A stretch of DNA of 52,669 nucleotides, from contig CAVVLG010000004.1 in NCBI GenBank assembly GCA_963749085.1, forward strand, positions 1 through 52,669, read 5' to 3'. Source of the stretch: Candidatus Adlerbacteria bacterium (GTDB lineage Bacteria > Patescibacteriota > Minisyncoccia > Phycocordibacterales > SBAW01). The notes below the pieces were generated by a model. It ran no database searches. It saw only the letters and a list, made by a program, of their open reading frames with translations, and was not told where the DNA came from. The position numbers were made by a program, and so were the translations under genes. Positions 1 to 9,832 of the stretch are shown piece after piece (position 1 is the stretch's first letter; the number at the start of each line of letters is the position of its first letter).

Positions 1-72
1 GGTTGTGACGTCGAGGACCGGTACCGGCCCCCGTCAAGGTCAGTACGGTACCGCCCGTCGTCAGGGTCAGAA

Positions 73-114
73 GAAACACAAAAGCCGCCCACAAAGGGGT
101 GGTTTTTGTGTTTC
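73..114. other. Long hairpin / inverted repeat. Possibly a bidirectional terminator or an element-end structure
   Basis: GAAACACAAAA (73-83) pairs perfectly with TTTTGTGTTTC (104-114). An inner CCGCCC/GGGGTGG stem closes an ACAAA loop. It lies at the boundary between the GC-rich first 70 nt and the lower-GC DNA. No + strand stop codon precedes it, so a terminator role is unproven. Confidence 0.3.
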
Positions 115-148
115 TCAATATAAAGCCGCACGAGTATAGTGTTCATAC

Positions 149-1246
149 ATGACCGTAAACTCCACTTCCAAAATCTGCATTTATTGTGGTGAGGGTGAAG
201 GCTCTGCGACCTTCGGTAGCCGAGAGCACGTAATCCCGGAGTTGCTGGGGAGTTTTCAAAACAACCTCACGTTGCGGGGTTGGGTATGCGATCACTGCAA
301 CACATCCGTCTTCAATCCGCTTGAGGCGCGATTTAAGGAGGATACGGACGAAGGTATCCACTGCCAGATGCACAACTTTTCAGATAGTCACGAGATACGC
401 GTCAGGAATAAAGACTTCAAATTCTCTTTCGATCTTGGCATTCAGGAGAAGTTTTTCAATGACACTTTCCCGTTGCTCACCTTCAGGAATGGTCGCTGGC
501 AATTGCTCTTCGTGCCACAGATAAGAGTGCGCGGGTACGCGAAAGACGGCTTCATTACGCTGCTGATCGACAAGGTGAAGGCGCTCCCGCGCGACGGGAA
601 GAAATTCAAGAAGCTGAAGAAGCTGCTGCAGAACTTCCAGAGCAAAGACGTTTCCATCTTTGTTCACGGGGAGGAGGGCGACAAGAAGGATCTCGAGGAT
701 GCGATTGCTCTGGTTAGGGAATTGGGTATCGACTACAAGCCAGGAACGGAAAAATCGATCCCGTTCATCGGCGATGGGACCGACAAGCAGCGAGCGGTGG
801 TCGAGGGGGAGATAACCATCGGCTTCGACGTGGCGCGCATAGTCGCAAAAATTGCATTCAATTATTTCGCCTACTGCGCGGTTCAGTCCGGCATGGCGGA
901 CAATCTGTACCACGCGAACTTCTCGCGAATCAAAGATTACATACTTGGCAAGGTAGAACTGCCAATCAAGGAAGTCATCGTGGAGAAGCCGACATACGCA
1001 CCCGTTCTTTTTGAAGAACATAGTCACAGTGTTCGCCTTGTCGGCCACATCGTCACACTTGCTAACGAAAATGGGAATGCCGTTGCGGTGGTCAGTTTCG
1101 CCGGCCGTGCGGTCTACAAGATACTCTTGGGGAGGTTGCCCGATGAGATCAATAGGCAAGATTTCGGCAACGGGCACATCTTCAACATACGTCAAAGAGA
1201 GAATCTCTGGTCTGACGCAAAATCCGACGCGGCGCGGGACGAATGA
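149..1246 (+). CDS. HNH-type nuclease-domain protein with an uncharacterised C-terminal domain
   Basis: 365-aa ORF. The N-terminus reads CIYCGEG...REHVIPELLG...VCDHCN, i.e. CxxC ... EH ... CxxCN as in HNH/His-Me finger proteins. The 296-aa antisense ORF has no motifs and is taken as a shadow. Confidence 0.55.
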   Translation: MTVNSTSKICIYCGEGEGSATFGSREHVIPELLGSFQNNLTLRGWVCDHCNTSVFNPLEARFKEDTDEGIHCQMHNFSDSHEIRVRNKDFKFSFDLGIQEKFFNDTFPLLTFRNGRWQLLFVPQIRVRGYAKDGFITLLIDKVKALPRDGKKFKKLKKLLQNFQSKDVSIFVHGEEGDKKDLEDAIALVRELGIDYKPGTEKSIPFIGDGTDKQRAVVEGEITIGFDVARIVAKIAFNYFAYCAVQSGMADNLYHANFSRIKDYILGKVELPIKEVIVEKPTYAPVLFEEHSHSVRLVGHIVTLANENGNAVAVVSFAGRAVYKILLGRLPDEINRQDFGNGHIFNIRQRENLWSDAKSDAARDE

Positions 1247-1273
1247 AGCACTTAGCTTCAGTCTATTCAATAA

Positions 1274-2620
1274 CTACTGAAGGCACTTAAGACTAATTCT
1301 CTTATCTGTGAGTACAAGTTTTCCGCGCAGCTGCCCCAGCAACTCGCGCTTCTCCTCGGTCGTCCCTTCCTCGAGCAGGTACTTCGCATATCTCTTTATA
1401 TCCATGGCCGCTGCAGTATCTTTCTCTTTTACCCCGAGCACCGTCTTGCGTAGCTTGTTGAAGCGGGCGATTTCTCTATCTATAAGGTGCCGGGCTCCAA
1501 GTTGGTCTATCTCCACCTCGTCGATGATACCCACCAACTGTTCCATGAGAGCGTCCTCGCGGACGTATAGGCTCTTGCAGTGCCGGTCTTTCGACCTGCC
1601 GCAGGCGTAGTAGCGGTACACCTTTGTCTCGCCGGTTCCCTTGATGAGCTTTTCCTTCTCGAAGGCCGTGATGCCCGACCCGCAGTCCCCGCAGGTAATC
1701 AGTCGGACGAAGGCGAACTCGTTGGAACGCTTGCGCGGTTTTGTCTCGTCGACTACTTTCTGTCGTACCACCTCGTACAGCTCCCTGGTGATGAGCGCCT
1801 CGTGTTTGCCTACAAACCAATTACCGCTCTTGCGGGGGTACTCAAACACCCCGCAGTAGAAGGGATTTTTAAGCATCTCATAAAGGGTGCTGATGTTGAG
1901 GCTCTTGCCGCTTCGTGTTGTGAACCGGAGCTCGTCTTTTAACCAGTGATAGATCTTGAGCCCGCTCCAGCGCTCCTTGCCGACTTTCTCGAAGATCATC
2001 TTTATCACTGGCGCTCGCAACGGGTCTAGCAGATATTCGCACTTATGGTCCTTGCGCGTGTCGTTCAGGTATCCGATAGGTGCCCAGCCGGGTAACATCC
2101 CCATCTCTGCTCGCGTTTTGAGCCCGCGCTTTACGTTCAGGCTCTTGTTGTCATTCTCTAACTTCGCCTGACTGCATAGGATCATCAGCAGGAATTTCTC
2201 GTTCGGGTTATTCGAGAACTTCTGCCCATTCGTCTGAATGCCGTGCAGTAGCCCAGCATCCATCAGGTCTACTACCTTACCAAGGTCGCCCGCATTGCGG
2301 CTGATGCGATCCGCCGCCCAGGTGAGTATCCCGTTGTATTTGCCCGCGCGTATTTCCTCGGTCATTTCGTTAAAGACCGGCCGCTGGCCGGTCTCCTTCG
2401 CCGAGTGCGACTCGCGCTTAATCTCCACTATCTCCAACCCGTCCCGCGCAGCTAGCGCGGTCATCTCCTTTACCTGGCTCTCTATGGAGAGCGCCTGCAC
2501 CTCGTCCTGCTCGGTCGACTTCCGGGCATACAGGCAGTAGCGCACCTTGACCGCCTCCTTTGCCTCGGGCTTCGCCCCTAGCACCCCTACACCTGCGGTG
2601 CCCTCAAAAACCATGTTCAT
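1274..2620 (-). CDS. Large serine recombinase (resolvase domain + recombinase domain + zinc ribbon)
   Basis: 448 aa. N-terminal YCLYARKST...SIESQ resolvase catalytic-Ser region, ADRISRN motif, central recombinase domain, and CGDCGS...YYACG zinc-ribbon cysteines. Confidence 0.9.
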   Translation of the reverse strand: MNMVFEGTAGVGVLGAKPEAKEAVKVRYCLYARKSTEQDEVQALSIESQVKEMTALAARDGLEIVEIKRESHSAKETGQRPVFNEMTEEIRAGKYNGILTWAADRISRNAGDLGKVVDLMDAGLLHGIQTNGQKFSNNPNEKFLLMILCSQAKLENDNKSLNVKRGLKTRAEMGMLPGWAPIGYLNDTRKDHKCEYLLDPLRAPVIKMIFEKVGKERWSGLKIYHWLKDELRFTTRSGKSLNISTLYEMLKNPFYCGVFEYPRKSGNWFVGKHEALITRELYEVVRQKVVDETKPRKRSNEFAFVRLITCGDCGSGITAFEKEKLIKGTGETKVYRYYACGRSKDRHCKSLYVREDALMEQLVGIIDEVEIDQLGARHLIDREIARFNKLRKTVLGVKEKDTAAAMDIKRYAKYLLEEGTTEEKRELLGQLRGKLVLTDKRISLKCLQ

Positions 2621-2753
2621 ATCTCTTGTGGTTACTTGTTAATCTACAAGTACAAGGGATGACGCAACCCCCGCTGTGAGTCTAGAGCGTCCAAAACGCC
2701 CTGTTAGTAGCCATATTACCCTTATTCTTCAAGGTGAGTTAGGGTATAGACCT

Positions 2754-4499
2754 ATGAAAACCTATGAACACTTGACTTTGTATTTGAGACGCGATAGGAT
2801 AGCACTTAACGATATGCGCAAGGATATTCAAGCAAAATTGAAGGAAATGCCGGAGTTGCTCTCTATCAGCCAGGTAGCCGACATCTTCAATATTCACCCC
2901 GACACCCTCCGCAATTGGGAAAAGGAGGGCATTTTAGTGCCACTCCGGGCCGGGAAGCGCGGAGATCGCAAATATCGCCCACAGGATATCAAGGCGATTG
3001 TCGACAAGATGGGTAGCAAGCTTACTCTCCCGCAGCTCGAGCAATTTCTGTGGAAGAGCGCCGACATCCTTCGGGGCAAAATCGACAGCTCTGACTACAA
3101 AAAATATATCTTCGGCCTCCTCTTCTACAAACGCATCAGCGATGTCTGGGATGAGGAGTACGCGAAGGTGATGGACGAGTTCAAAGATGAGACGATTGCG
3201 CGTGCCGATTACAACCACCGCTTTCAGGTGCCGAAGGAATGTCGCTGGTCTGTCGTAGAAGAACGCGCAGAAAATATCGGCAAGAAGCTCAATGAAGTAT
3301 TTGAGAAGCTTGCGAATGCAAACAGCCCGAAGCTTGACAGGATTTTTGAGGACCTCGATTTCGCCAACAAGGATCGTTTCCCTAATGAAACAACCCAGCG
3401 GCTCGTCAACCACTTTTCCCAGTACAACTTCGGCGACACCTATATCAACTCCGACCTCTTGGGTGACGCATACGAATACCTCATCAAACAGTTCGCGGCG
3501 GATGCGGGCAAAAAAGGCGGCGAGTTCTATACCCCGCGCGAAGTCGAGCGAGTCATAATTCAAATACTCAAACCGCATAAAAAGGATCACATCTATGACC
3601 CGACCGTCGGCTCCGGCGGATTTCTTCTCGAAGCCTTCCACTACCTCAAAGAAAAAGAAAACGAGCAGGTTGCCCGGACACTTTATCTTTATGGTCAGGA
3701 AATAAACATCGGCACTTTTGCAATCGCCAAGATCAACATGTTCCTCCATGGACTCGACAGCGCGGATATACAGCGCGGCGACACGCTCGCCAATCCGCAA
3801 TTCCTCAATCCGAACGGCTCGCTCAAAACATTCGACATCTGCGTAGCAAATCCGCCCTACTCGATCAACGACTGGGAATATGAAATGTTCAAGTCCGACA
3901 AATACGGCCGGATAGATGGATACGAACTACCGCCCAATAAAAATGCGGACTACGCCTTCGTTCTCCACATCATCAAGTCGATGAACTCGAACGGTCGCGC
4001 CGGTATCGTGCTTCCACACGGCGTGCTCTTCCGTGGTGGCTCCGAGGGGCGCATCCGCGAGCAAATACTCAAGAACGACCTCATCGAAGCGGTTATAGCC
4101 CTCCCGCCAAAGCTTTTTTATGGCACGGGCATCCCGGCAGCGATTCTTATTTTCAACAAAAACAAACCAGAGAGTCACAAAAATAAAGTACTCATCATTG
4201 ACGCCGACAAAGATTTTTCTGAAGGCAAAAATCAGAACTCGCTCCGTGTACAGGACATCGCGAAGATTGTTAAGGCGTACGACAACTATGAGGATGTTGC
4301 GAACTATGCCCGTGTAGTTGATCTGCAGGAGGTCGAGGTGAAAGAGTTCAACCTTAACGTGCGGCGCTACATCGAGGGTGGTGATAAAAAAGAAGAGGTA
4401 GATGTGTCAGCTGTACGTAAAGAACTCACCACGTTGGAGAAAGAACGCGCAGATATAGACAAAAAGGTCGAGGGCTTTATGGAGGAACTCAAGTATTAA
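2754..4499 (+). CDS. hsdM: Type I restriction-modification methyltransferase subunit HsdM with an N-terminal MerR/excisionase-type HTH extension
   Basis: HsdM_N-like LEQFLWKSADILRG...FGLLFYKRISD, AdoMet motif DPTVGSGGFL, and catalytic NPPY (VANPPYS). An extra ~110 aa at the N-terminus contains ISQVADIFNIHPDTLRNWEKEGILVP. The start was chosen at ATG 2754; the ORF is open from 2676. Confidence 0.9.
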   Translation: MKTYEHLTLYLRRDRIALNDMRKDIQAKLKEMPELLSISQVADIFNIHPDTLRNWEKEGILVPLRAGKRGDRKYRPQDIKAIVDKMGSKLTLPQLEQFLWKSADILRGKIDSSDYKKYIFGLLFYKRISDVWDEEYAKVMDEFKDETIARADYNHRFQVPKECRWSVVEERAENIGKKLNEVFEKLANANSPKLDRIFEDLDFANKDRFPNETTQRLVNHFSQYNFGDTYINSDLLGDAYEYLIKQFAADAGKKGGEFYTPREVERVIIQILKPHKKDHIYDPTVGSGGFLLEAFHYLKEKENEQVARTLYLYGQEINIGTFAIAKINMFLHGLDSADIQRGDTLANPQFLNPNGSLKTFDICVANPPYSINDWEYEMFKSDKYGRIDGYELPPNKNADYAFVLHIIKSMNSNGRAGIVLPHGVLFRGGSEGRIREQILKNDLIEAVIALPPKLFYGTGIPAAILIFNKNKPESHKNKVLIIDADKDFSEGKNQNSLRVQDIAKIVKAYDNYEDVANYARVVDLQEVEVKEFNLNVRRYIEGGDKKEEVDVSAVRKELTTLEKERADIDKKVEGFMEELKY

Positions 4500-4500
4500 T

Positions 4501-5646
4501 ATGAAAACAGCACAGAAAACCCTTCCAAAAGGCTGGCATTTGGGCAAGTTTGGAGATCTATGTGATTTCGAGTTGGGATTAAAAGCAAACGAGGGAGATG
4601 GTGACTATCTGGAAATAGGCGATATTGACACATCTAGCAAGAAATACGACCTAAGCGAGAAAGAGAAGAAAACCATAAGAGGGGCAGTTAAGGTTCCGAA
4701 AGGCACTTTACTTATCTCAAAAGTGCGGCCTACCAGAGGAGCTGTAGTTATTACAGATAAGGAAATCAATGTTTCTCCTGCCTTTTGTCGATTAAAAATT
4801 CCCAATAAGTTTTTCTACTATATTGCAAATCAGGAGAAATTCCTGACGTATCTTGGGACGCAAGCTAGAGGGTCAACATATCCAACATGTAAAGATGAAG
4901 ACATTCTTGCGTATAGGATTTCTTACCCTGTGAATTCTACTGAGCAACAAAGAATTGCTGAGATTTTACTGACGGTTGATGCGGAGATTGAAAAAACCGA
5001 TCAGATTGTTGCTGCAACACGGAAATTGAAGAAAGGGGTATTGCAGCAACTATTCACTCGCGGTATTGGGCATACGAAATTCAAGAAGACAAAACTGGGC
5101 GCAATACCCGAGAAATGGGAGGTTAAGAAATTTGAGGACCTGATTCTATTCAAAACTGGAAAATTGAACTCGAATGCCGCGGTGGACGATGGTGAATATC
5201 CATTTTTCACCTGTTCTCAGGAAACCTTCAGAACTGATAGCTATGCCTTTGATCAGGAAGCTATATTACTCGCGGGAAATAATGCAGCCGGCAAATATTC
5301 TGTAAAACATTACATCGGTAAATTCAATGCATATCAGAGGACTTACGTGATAACCATTAAGGATAAAAAGATCCTCGATTATAGATACTTTGATGAGGTA
5401 TTGAAAGATAAACTTGAGGAGCTTAGGAATAGGTCTTTCGGATCAACTACGAAATTTCTCACTTTGAAACTGCTTGAATCTCTTGAGATGAAAGTTCCTC
5501 CTATTGAGGAACAGCGAGAGATTGCAGAGATTCTTTCCTCTATAGATGAAAAGATCTTAACCAATAAGAAATTAAAGGAAAAGCTCACACTTCTTAAAAA
5601 AGGTCTCATGCAGGATTTGTTGAGTGGAAAGAAAAGGACTGTATGA
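4501..5646 (+). CDS. hsdS: Type I R-M specificity subunit HsdS (two target-recognition domains)
   Basis: 381 aa. It starts 2 nt after the hsdM stop. Conserved central and C-terminal helices (EQQRIAEILLTVDAEIEKT; EQREIAEILSSIDEKI...LKKGLMQDLLSG) flank two variable halves. Confidence 0.85.
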   Translation: MKTAQKTLPKGWHLGKFGDLCDFELGLKANEGDGDYLEIGDIDTSSKKYDLSEKEKKTIRGAVKVPKGTLLISKVRPTRGAVVITDKEINVSPAFCRLKIPNKFFYYIANQEKFLTYLGTQARGSTYPTCKDEDILAYRISYPVNSTEQQRIAEILLTVDAEIEKTDQIVAATRKLKKGVLQQLFTRGIGHTKFKKTKLGAIPEKWEVKKFEDLILFKTGKLNSNAAVDDGEYPFFTCSQETFRTDSYAFDQEAILLAGNNAAGKYSVKHYIGKFNAYQRTYVITIKDKKILDYRYFDEVLKDKLEELRNRSFGSTTKFLTLKLLESLEMKVPPIEEQREIAEILSSIDEKILTNKKLKEKLTLLKKGLMQDLLSGKKRTV

Positions 5647-6922
5647 CTACAGAAATATCTAGACAGAAAACAAGAACGAAGGAAACGTACTACGCCGTGA
5701 ATACGGATCCTGTCTTTGATGTTAAGTCGCGCGAGGTGTACAAGGGCAAGCTTTACGAGGTCGTCTTTCCGTTTAATCGACAGGGCAAGCAAAAGTATTC
5801 TTTGGTTTCTGAAATCCACTTCGACGGTGTTAGCCGCCTCGACCTTAAAGGCATGCGTGGAATGACCCGTGGCTATGGGTTTACCCAGGACACAGTTCCG
5901 ATCGTATCTATTTTGAGTGAGAATTTTCCGGGACTCACTAAGGTAGTTATTTCCACAAAAGCATCAACTGTGAATTCTCGCAGAGGAGAATTTATTTTGA
6001 ATGTCGACGACTATAAAACGATTTATTCCACGCTTCGTCCCAAGAACCAGAAACATTCTAAGGATTTACGGATTACAATAAATAATATTCTTGCGCAAGC
6101 TGGAGGTCTCGGGCTGCGAGCGAAGAAGATACCTTATGTGGCCGGGTCCATCAAAGGTATTTTGAGAGAGGTGTCTTCATCAAATAGTAAACTGTCAGAC
6201 TCTGATTCTGCTGCTTTGCTCGATTTTGCCCAGAATCGAATTGAGAACTACGACGTAGATGCGGCAACGCTTATTCACACGAAAGAGAAGATAGATAAGG
6301 TCTACTTCGAGAAAGTTATCGCGCGTTTTGAGAAACTACTTGCTCTCAAAAAAGGTGTCGGCGCAAAGAAGATGGAGCAGAGGTGGCACAACTTCTTTAA
6401 AGATAACTCCTGGATCTTTTCGTACCTGTTTGCTGCACCCCACTTCCTTTTTCAGGACGAGTATTACGTTGGTGGGCAAAAAGGTACGGGCAAAGAAGCA
6501 CGATATGCCGATTTTATCTATAAAAATAAATTGACAGACAGTGCCACAATAATCGAGATTAAAACTCACAGAACGAAAATACTCCACAACACGGCCTATC
6601 GTTCTGCTGGGAAGGTATACCCGATTTCCTCAGATATCACCGGAGCAATAAACCAAGTTCTCGATCAGAAGAACACCCTTCTCAAGAATTACTCAACTGT
6701 GGCTCAGGGTGATTTTGAGATCTTGATCCTCGTTGCGTCATAGTGGTCGGAAACACCAAGGACATCCAAAAGGAGAGGGTAAAGAATTTTGACATGTTCC
6801 GCTCGAATCTGAGGAACATAGAAATCATCTGCTTCGATGAACTATTGGAAAAAGCAAAACTGCTTTTGAGCCACTTCATCAAGCCAAAGGTCTCCAAAAA
6901 GAAAAAGAAGAAGAGAAAGTAA
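5643..6922 (+). pseudogene. Shedu-like DUF4263 PD-(D/E)xK nuclease, interrupted by one frameshift near 6719
   Basis: ATGA overlap with the hsdS stop. Core motifs are ADFIYKN...TIIEIKTH...GAINQVLDQ. The family-typical C-terminus (LDPRCVIVVGNTKD...NIEIICFDELLEKA) continues in another frame from 6719 to stop 6920-6922, 1 nt before the hsdR ATG. Confidence 0.7.
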
Positions 6923-6923
6923 T

Positions 6924-9830
6924 ATGAAATTCAACGAACAATACACGGTAGAAAATCACGTCATCAAGTTTCTCAAGGAGAGGCTTGGTTATGAGTACAT
7001 CAAACCGCAGGAATTTGCGAAGCTCCGTGAGTTTGAGAATGAATATATTATTACCCCTCTCTTGCTTGAGGCGGTCAAAAAGATAAATGGTATAGACGAG
7101 GATGAGGCGCTCTCTGTCGTTCGTGAGGTGAAGAAAATAGATAACAACGAGGCGTTTCTTAAAGCGCTTCGCTATGGCGTAAATCTCAAGGATTCGCAGA
7201 CGGGTAAAATGCGGGACTACCTCATCGTCGACTTTGATAACTTTTCCAATAACCATTTCGTCGTCACAAACCAGTTCTACTTCGAGGGCAACTCCGAGAA
7301 CATTCGCCCCGATGTTTTGATGTTTTTGAACGGCCTTCCAATTGTTGATATTGAGGCCAAGAGTCCAACCGCTGCCAGCAACGTGGACTATTCGAAGGCC
7401 GTAGGGCAGATCAAACGCTACGAGCGCAATGCCTTTAAGCTCTTTTGGCCTAATTGCTTCAACATTGCGACTGATGGGCTCAAGACGGTATACGGCGCGA
7501 CCTATGCCCCGGCGCAGAACTTTCTACATTGGAAGGACGAGGAACTTGAGAAGGTCGAAGATGGCGAGTTGGAGATGACGCTTGTGGCCTTGCTTGAGAA
7601 GGGTCGTCTTTTGGACATTATTCAGAACTTTATTGTGTTTGAGAAAGAGAAGGAGCAGACGGTTAAGAAAATAGCTCGCTACCAACAACTCCGCGCGACA
7701 AACAAGATTGTCGAGCGAGTACTTGGTGGAGAAAAGAAGCGCGGGCTTATCTGGCACACCCAAGGGTCCGGCAAGTCGCTCACGATGTACTTTACTGCTT
7801 GGAAGCTTCGCTTCAACAAGGAACTCAAGAACCCCAAGGTGTTTATTCTCGTTGACCGGATCGACTTGGATGATCAAATTTACGAGACATTTATCAATTG
7901 TGGCGGGAAGAATGTGATACGCGTCGAATCACGTGCCGATTTGGAGCAGAAAATCCAATCTCCCGAGCGTGGGATATTCATCTCCACTATTCAGAAGTTC
8001 TCAGAGCTCGGTGATTCAGTAAAGAGCTTTGACGAGAATGTGATTGTGCTCTCAGACGAAGCGCACCGCGACAATGAAGGTATCTCCGCTATCAACCTAC
8101 GAAGCGCCATGGGCAACGCTTTTTTCTTCGGCTTTACGGGAACACCAATCGACCGTGTCACTCTCAATACGCACCGCAACTTCGGGCAGGAGGGTGAACG
8201 GTATCTGGACTACTACTCTATTCAACAGGCGGTTGATGACGGTGCAACACTTCCGGTGACATACGAGGCGCGGCTCTCAAAGTTCTTCATTGATGAGGAG
8301 AAGCTTGATAAGCAGTTTGAAGAGCTGACTCAGGGGCTCTCAGACAAAGAAAAAGATGCCGTGGCGAAGAAGTACGGCAAGAAGGAAGCAATCGTAAAGC
8401 TCGATAAGCGCATGGAAGCAATTGCCCGCGATATCACCGAACACTATCGGCTCTATGTTGAGCCGTCAGGTTTTAAGGCGCAGATCGTCTGCTATGACCG
8501 CGAGGCAGTAGCTAAGTACAAAAAGCTCCTAGACCAGCTCGTCCCCAAGGAGTGGTCGGAAGTAGTGTATTCGCCTGGCGATCCAAACACTGATACGGAA
8601 GATTTGCGTAAATACAATACGACTAAGGCCAAGCGGGAGAAGATCATCAATGAGTTCAAGGATCCGGCAAGCCCTCTCAAATTCTTGTTGGTCTGCGACA
8701 TGCTCCTCACTGGCTTTGATGCTCCAGTTGAGCAGATAATGTATCTTGATAAGCCGCTCTGGGATCACAATCTCCTGCAGGCAATCGCTCGTACGAACCG
8801 CGTCTACCCAAACAAAGGCGCAGGAAAGGTAATCGACTACTACGGTGTTACCAAAAGTCTTTACAAAGCACTCGACTTTGACGAGAGTGTGGTTGATTCG
8901 GCCATGATCAACATTGATAAGCTCAAGGAAGAGTTTGTCGAAGTGTTTGAGGAGATTATGAACATCTTCACGGGCATCAATATAGAAGATCCGTCCATCG
9001 ATAACTTGCGCCGCTGTCTGAAAATATTTGCCGAGAATCTCGACAAACAAAAGTTCCTCCGTGATAAATACGGCCGGCTCAAACTTTTGTTTGAAATACT
9101 CTCTCCTGACCCCTTCTTGAAGGAACATGTACGTGCCTTTGAGTGGCTCACCAGCGTGTATTTGGCCTTTGATAAGGAATACGGGGCAAATATGTCTGAT
9201 TCAGAACTCCTCGCTGAATATGGCGAGAAGGTAAAGATGCTTATCCAGCAGCGTGTTGACTACGAAGGCATCACCAAAAACTTCCGCGAACTCAACGTGA
9301 ACGATCTCTACGTGATGGAGCGGCTCAATAAGATGGATGATGAGGAGAAAGCGCTCAACCTCGAGAAGATGCTCAAACAGGAAATCTCCATAAACGTTGA
9401 TACCAATCCCGCATACAAAAAATTCAGCGAACGCCTTACCCTTATTCGCAAGGAGTTTGAACAGCACCAGATTGACCTCTCCGAGCGCATAAAACGATAT
9501 CAGCAACTTCTCGAGGACATAAAGAAAAAGGGAGACGAGGCGAAAGAGCTCGGATACTCGCTCAAGGAGTATGGACTCTATGTTATTTCTACTGAATTCA
9601 TTGAGGGAGACAAGGACGTTATTCGGGAGTTCATTAAGGAAATGACAAAGCGGCTTGAAAATATACTCGACGAGGGATGGCAGGAGTCGTCCAAGCGCGA
9701 AGAATTCCTAAAGGAAGTAAAGCGCATCGTCCAGGAGCTTGTGCTCAGGGAGTATAAGGACCGCGTAAAAGTCGCCGACTTCCAAAAATATCTCAACCGA
9801 CTGGTCGATATTGTGATCAAAAAATTCTAG
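6924..9830 (+). CDS. hsdR: Type I restriction enzyme R subunit HsdR
   Basis: 968 aa. N-terminal nuclease motif (PDVLMFLNGLPIVDIEAK), SF2 helicase motifs (HTQGSGKSLT, VLSDEAHR, FGFTGTP, QAIARTNR) and a C-terminal helical domain. Confidence 0.92.
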   Translation: MKFNEQYTVENHVIKFLKERLGYEYIKPQEFAKLREFENEYIITPLLLEAVKKINGIDEDEALSVVREVKKIDNNEAFLKALRYGVNLKDSQTGKMRDYLIVDFDNFSNNHFVVTNQFYFEGNSENIRPDVLMFLNGLPIVDIEAKSPTAASNVDYSKAVGQIKRYERNAFKLFWPNCFNIATDGLKTVYGATYAPAQNFLHWKDEELEKVEDGELEMTLVALLEKGRLLDIIQNFIVFEKEKEQTVKKIARYQQLRATNKIVERVLGGEKKRGLIWHTQGSGKSLTMYFTAWKLRFNKELKNPKVFILVDRIDLDDQIYETFINCGGKNVIRVESRADLEQKIQSPERGIFISTIQKFSELGDSVKSFDENVIVLSDEAHRDNEGISAINLRSAMGNAFFFGFTGTPIDRVTLNTHRNFGQEGERYLDYYSIQQAVDDGATLPVTYEARLSKFFIDEEKLDKQFEELTQGLSDKEKDAVAKKYGKKEAIVKLDKRMEAIARDITEHYRLYVEPSGFKAQIVCYDREAVAKYKKLLDQLVPKEWSEVVYSPGDPNTDTEDLRKYNTTKAKREKIINEFKDPASPLKFLLVCDMLLTGFDAPVEQIMYLDKPLWDHNLLQAIARTNRVYPNKGAGKVIDYYGVTKSLYKALDFDESVVDSAMINIDKLKEEFVEVFEEIMNIFTGINIEDPSIDNLRRCLKIFAENLDKQKFLRDKYGRLKLLFEILSPDPFLKEHVRAFEWLTSVYLAFDKEYGANMSDSELLAEYGEKVKMLIQQRVDYEGITKNFRELNVNDLYVMERLNKMDDEEKALNLEKMLKQEISINVDTNPAYKKFSERLTLIRKEFEQHQIDLSERIKRYQQLLEDIKKKGDEAKELGYSLKEYGLYVISTEFIEGDKDVIREFIKEMTKRLENILDEGWQESSKREEFLKEVKRIVQELVLREYKDRVKVADFQKYLNRLVDIVIKKF

Positions 9831-9832
9831 CT

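Noticed and set aside
380-1270. 296-aa ORF antisense to the HNH-domain gene
   Set aside because: It has no recognisable motifs, and its composition (rich in L, R, V) is typical of a shadow frame. The + strand ORF carries a coherent CxxC/EH/CxxCN nuclease motif.
1274-5646. A phase-variable type I R-M shufflon, given a recombinase next to the hsd genes
   Set aside because: There is only one hsdS gene, and I saw no silent hsdS fragments or inverted repeats. The recombinase is a large serine integrase, not the tyrosine invertase typical of hsdS shufflons.
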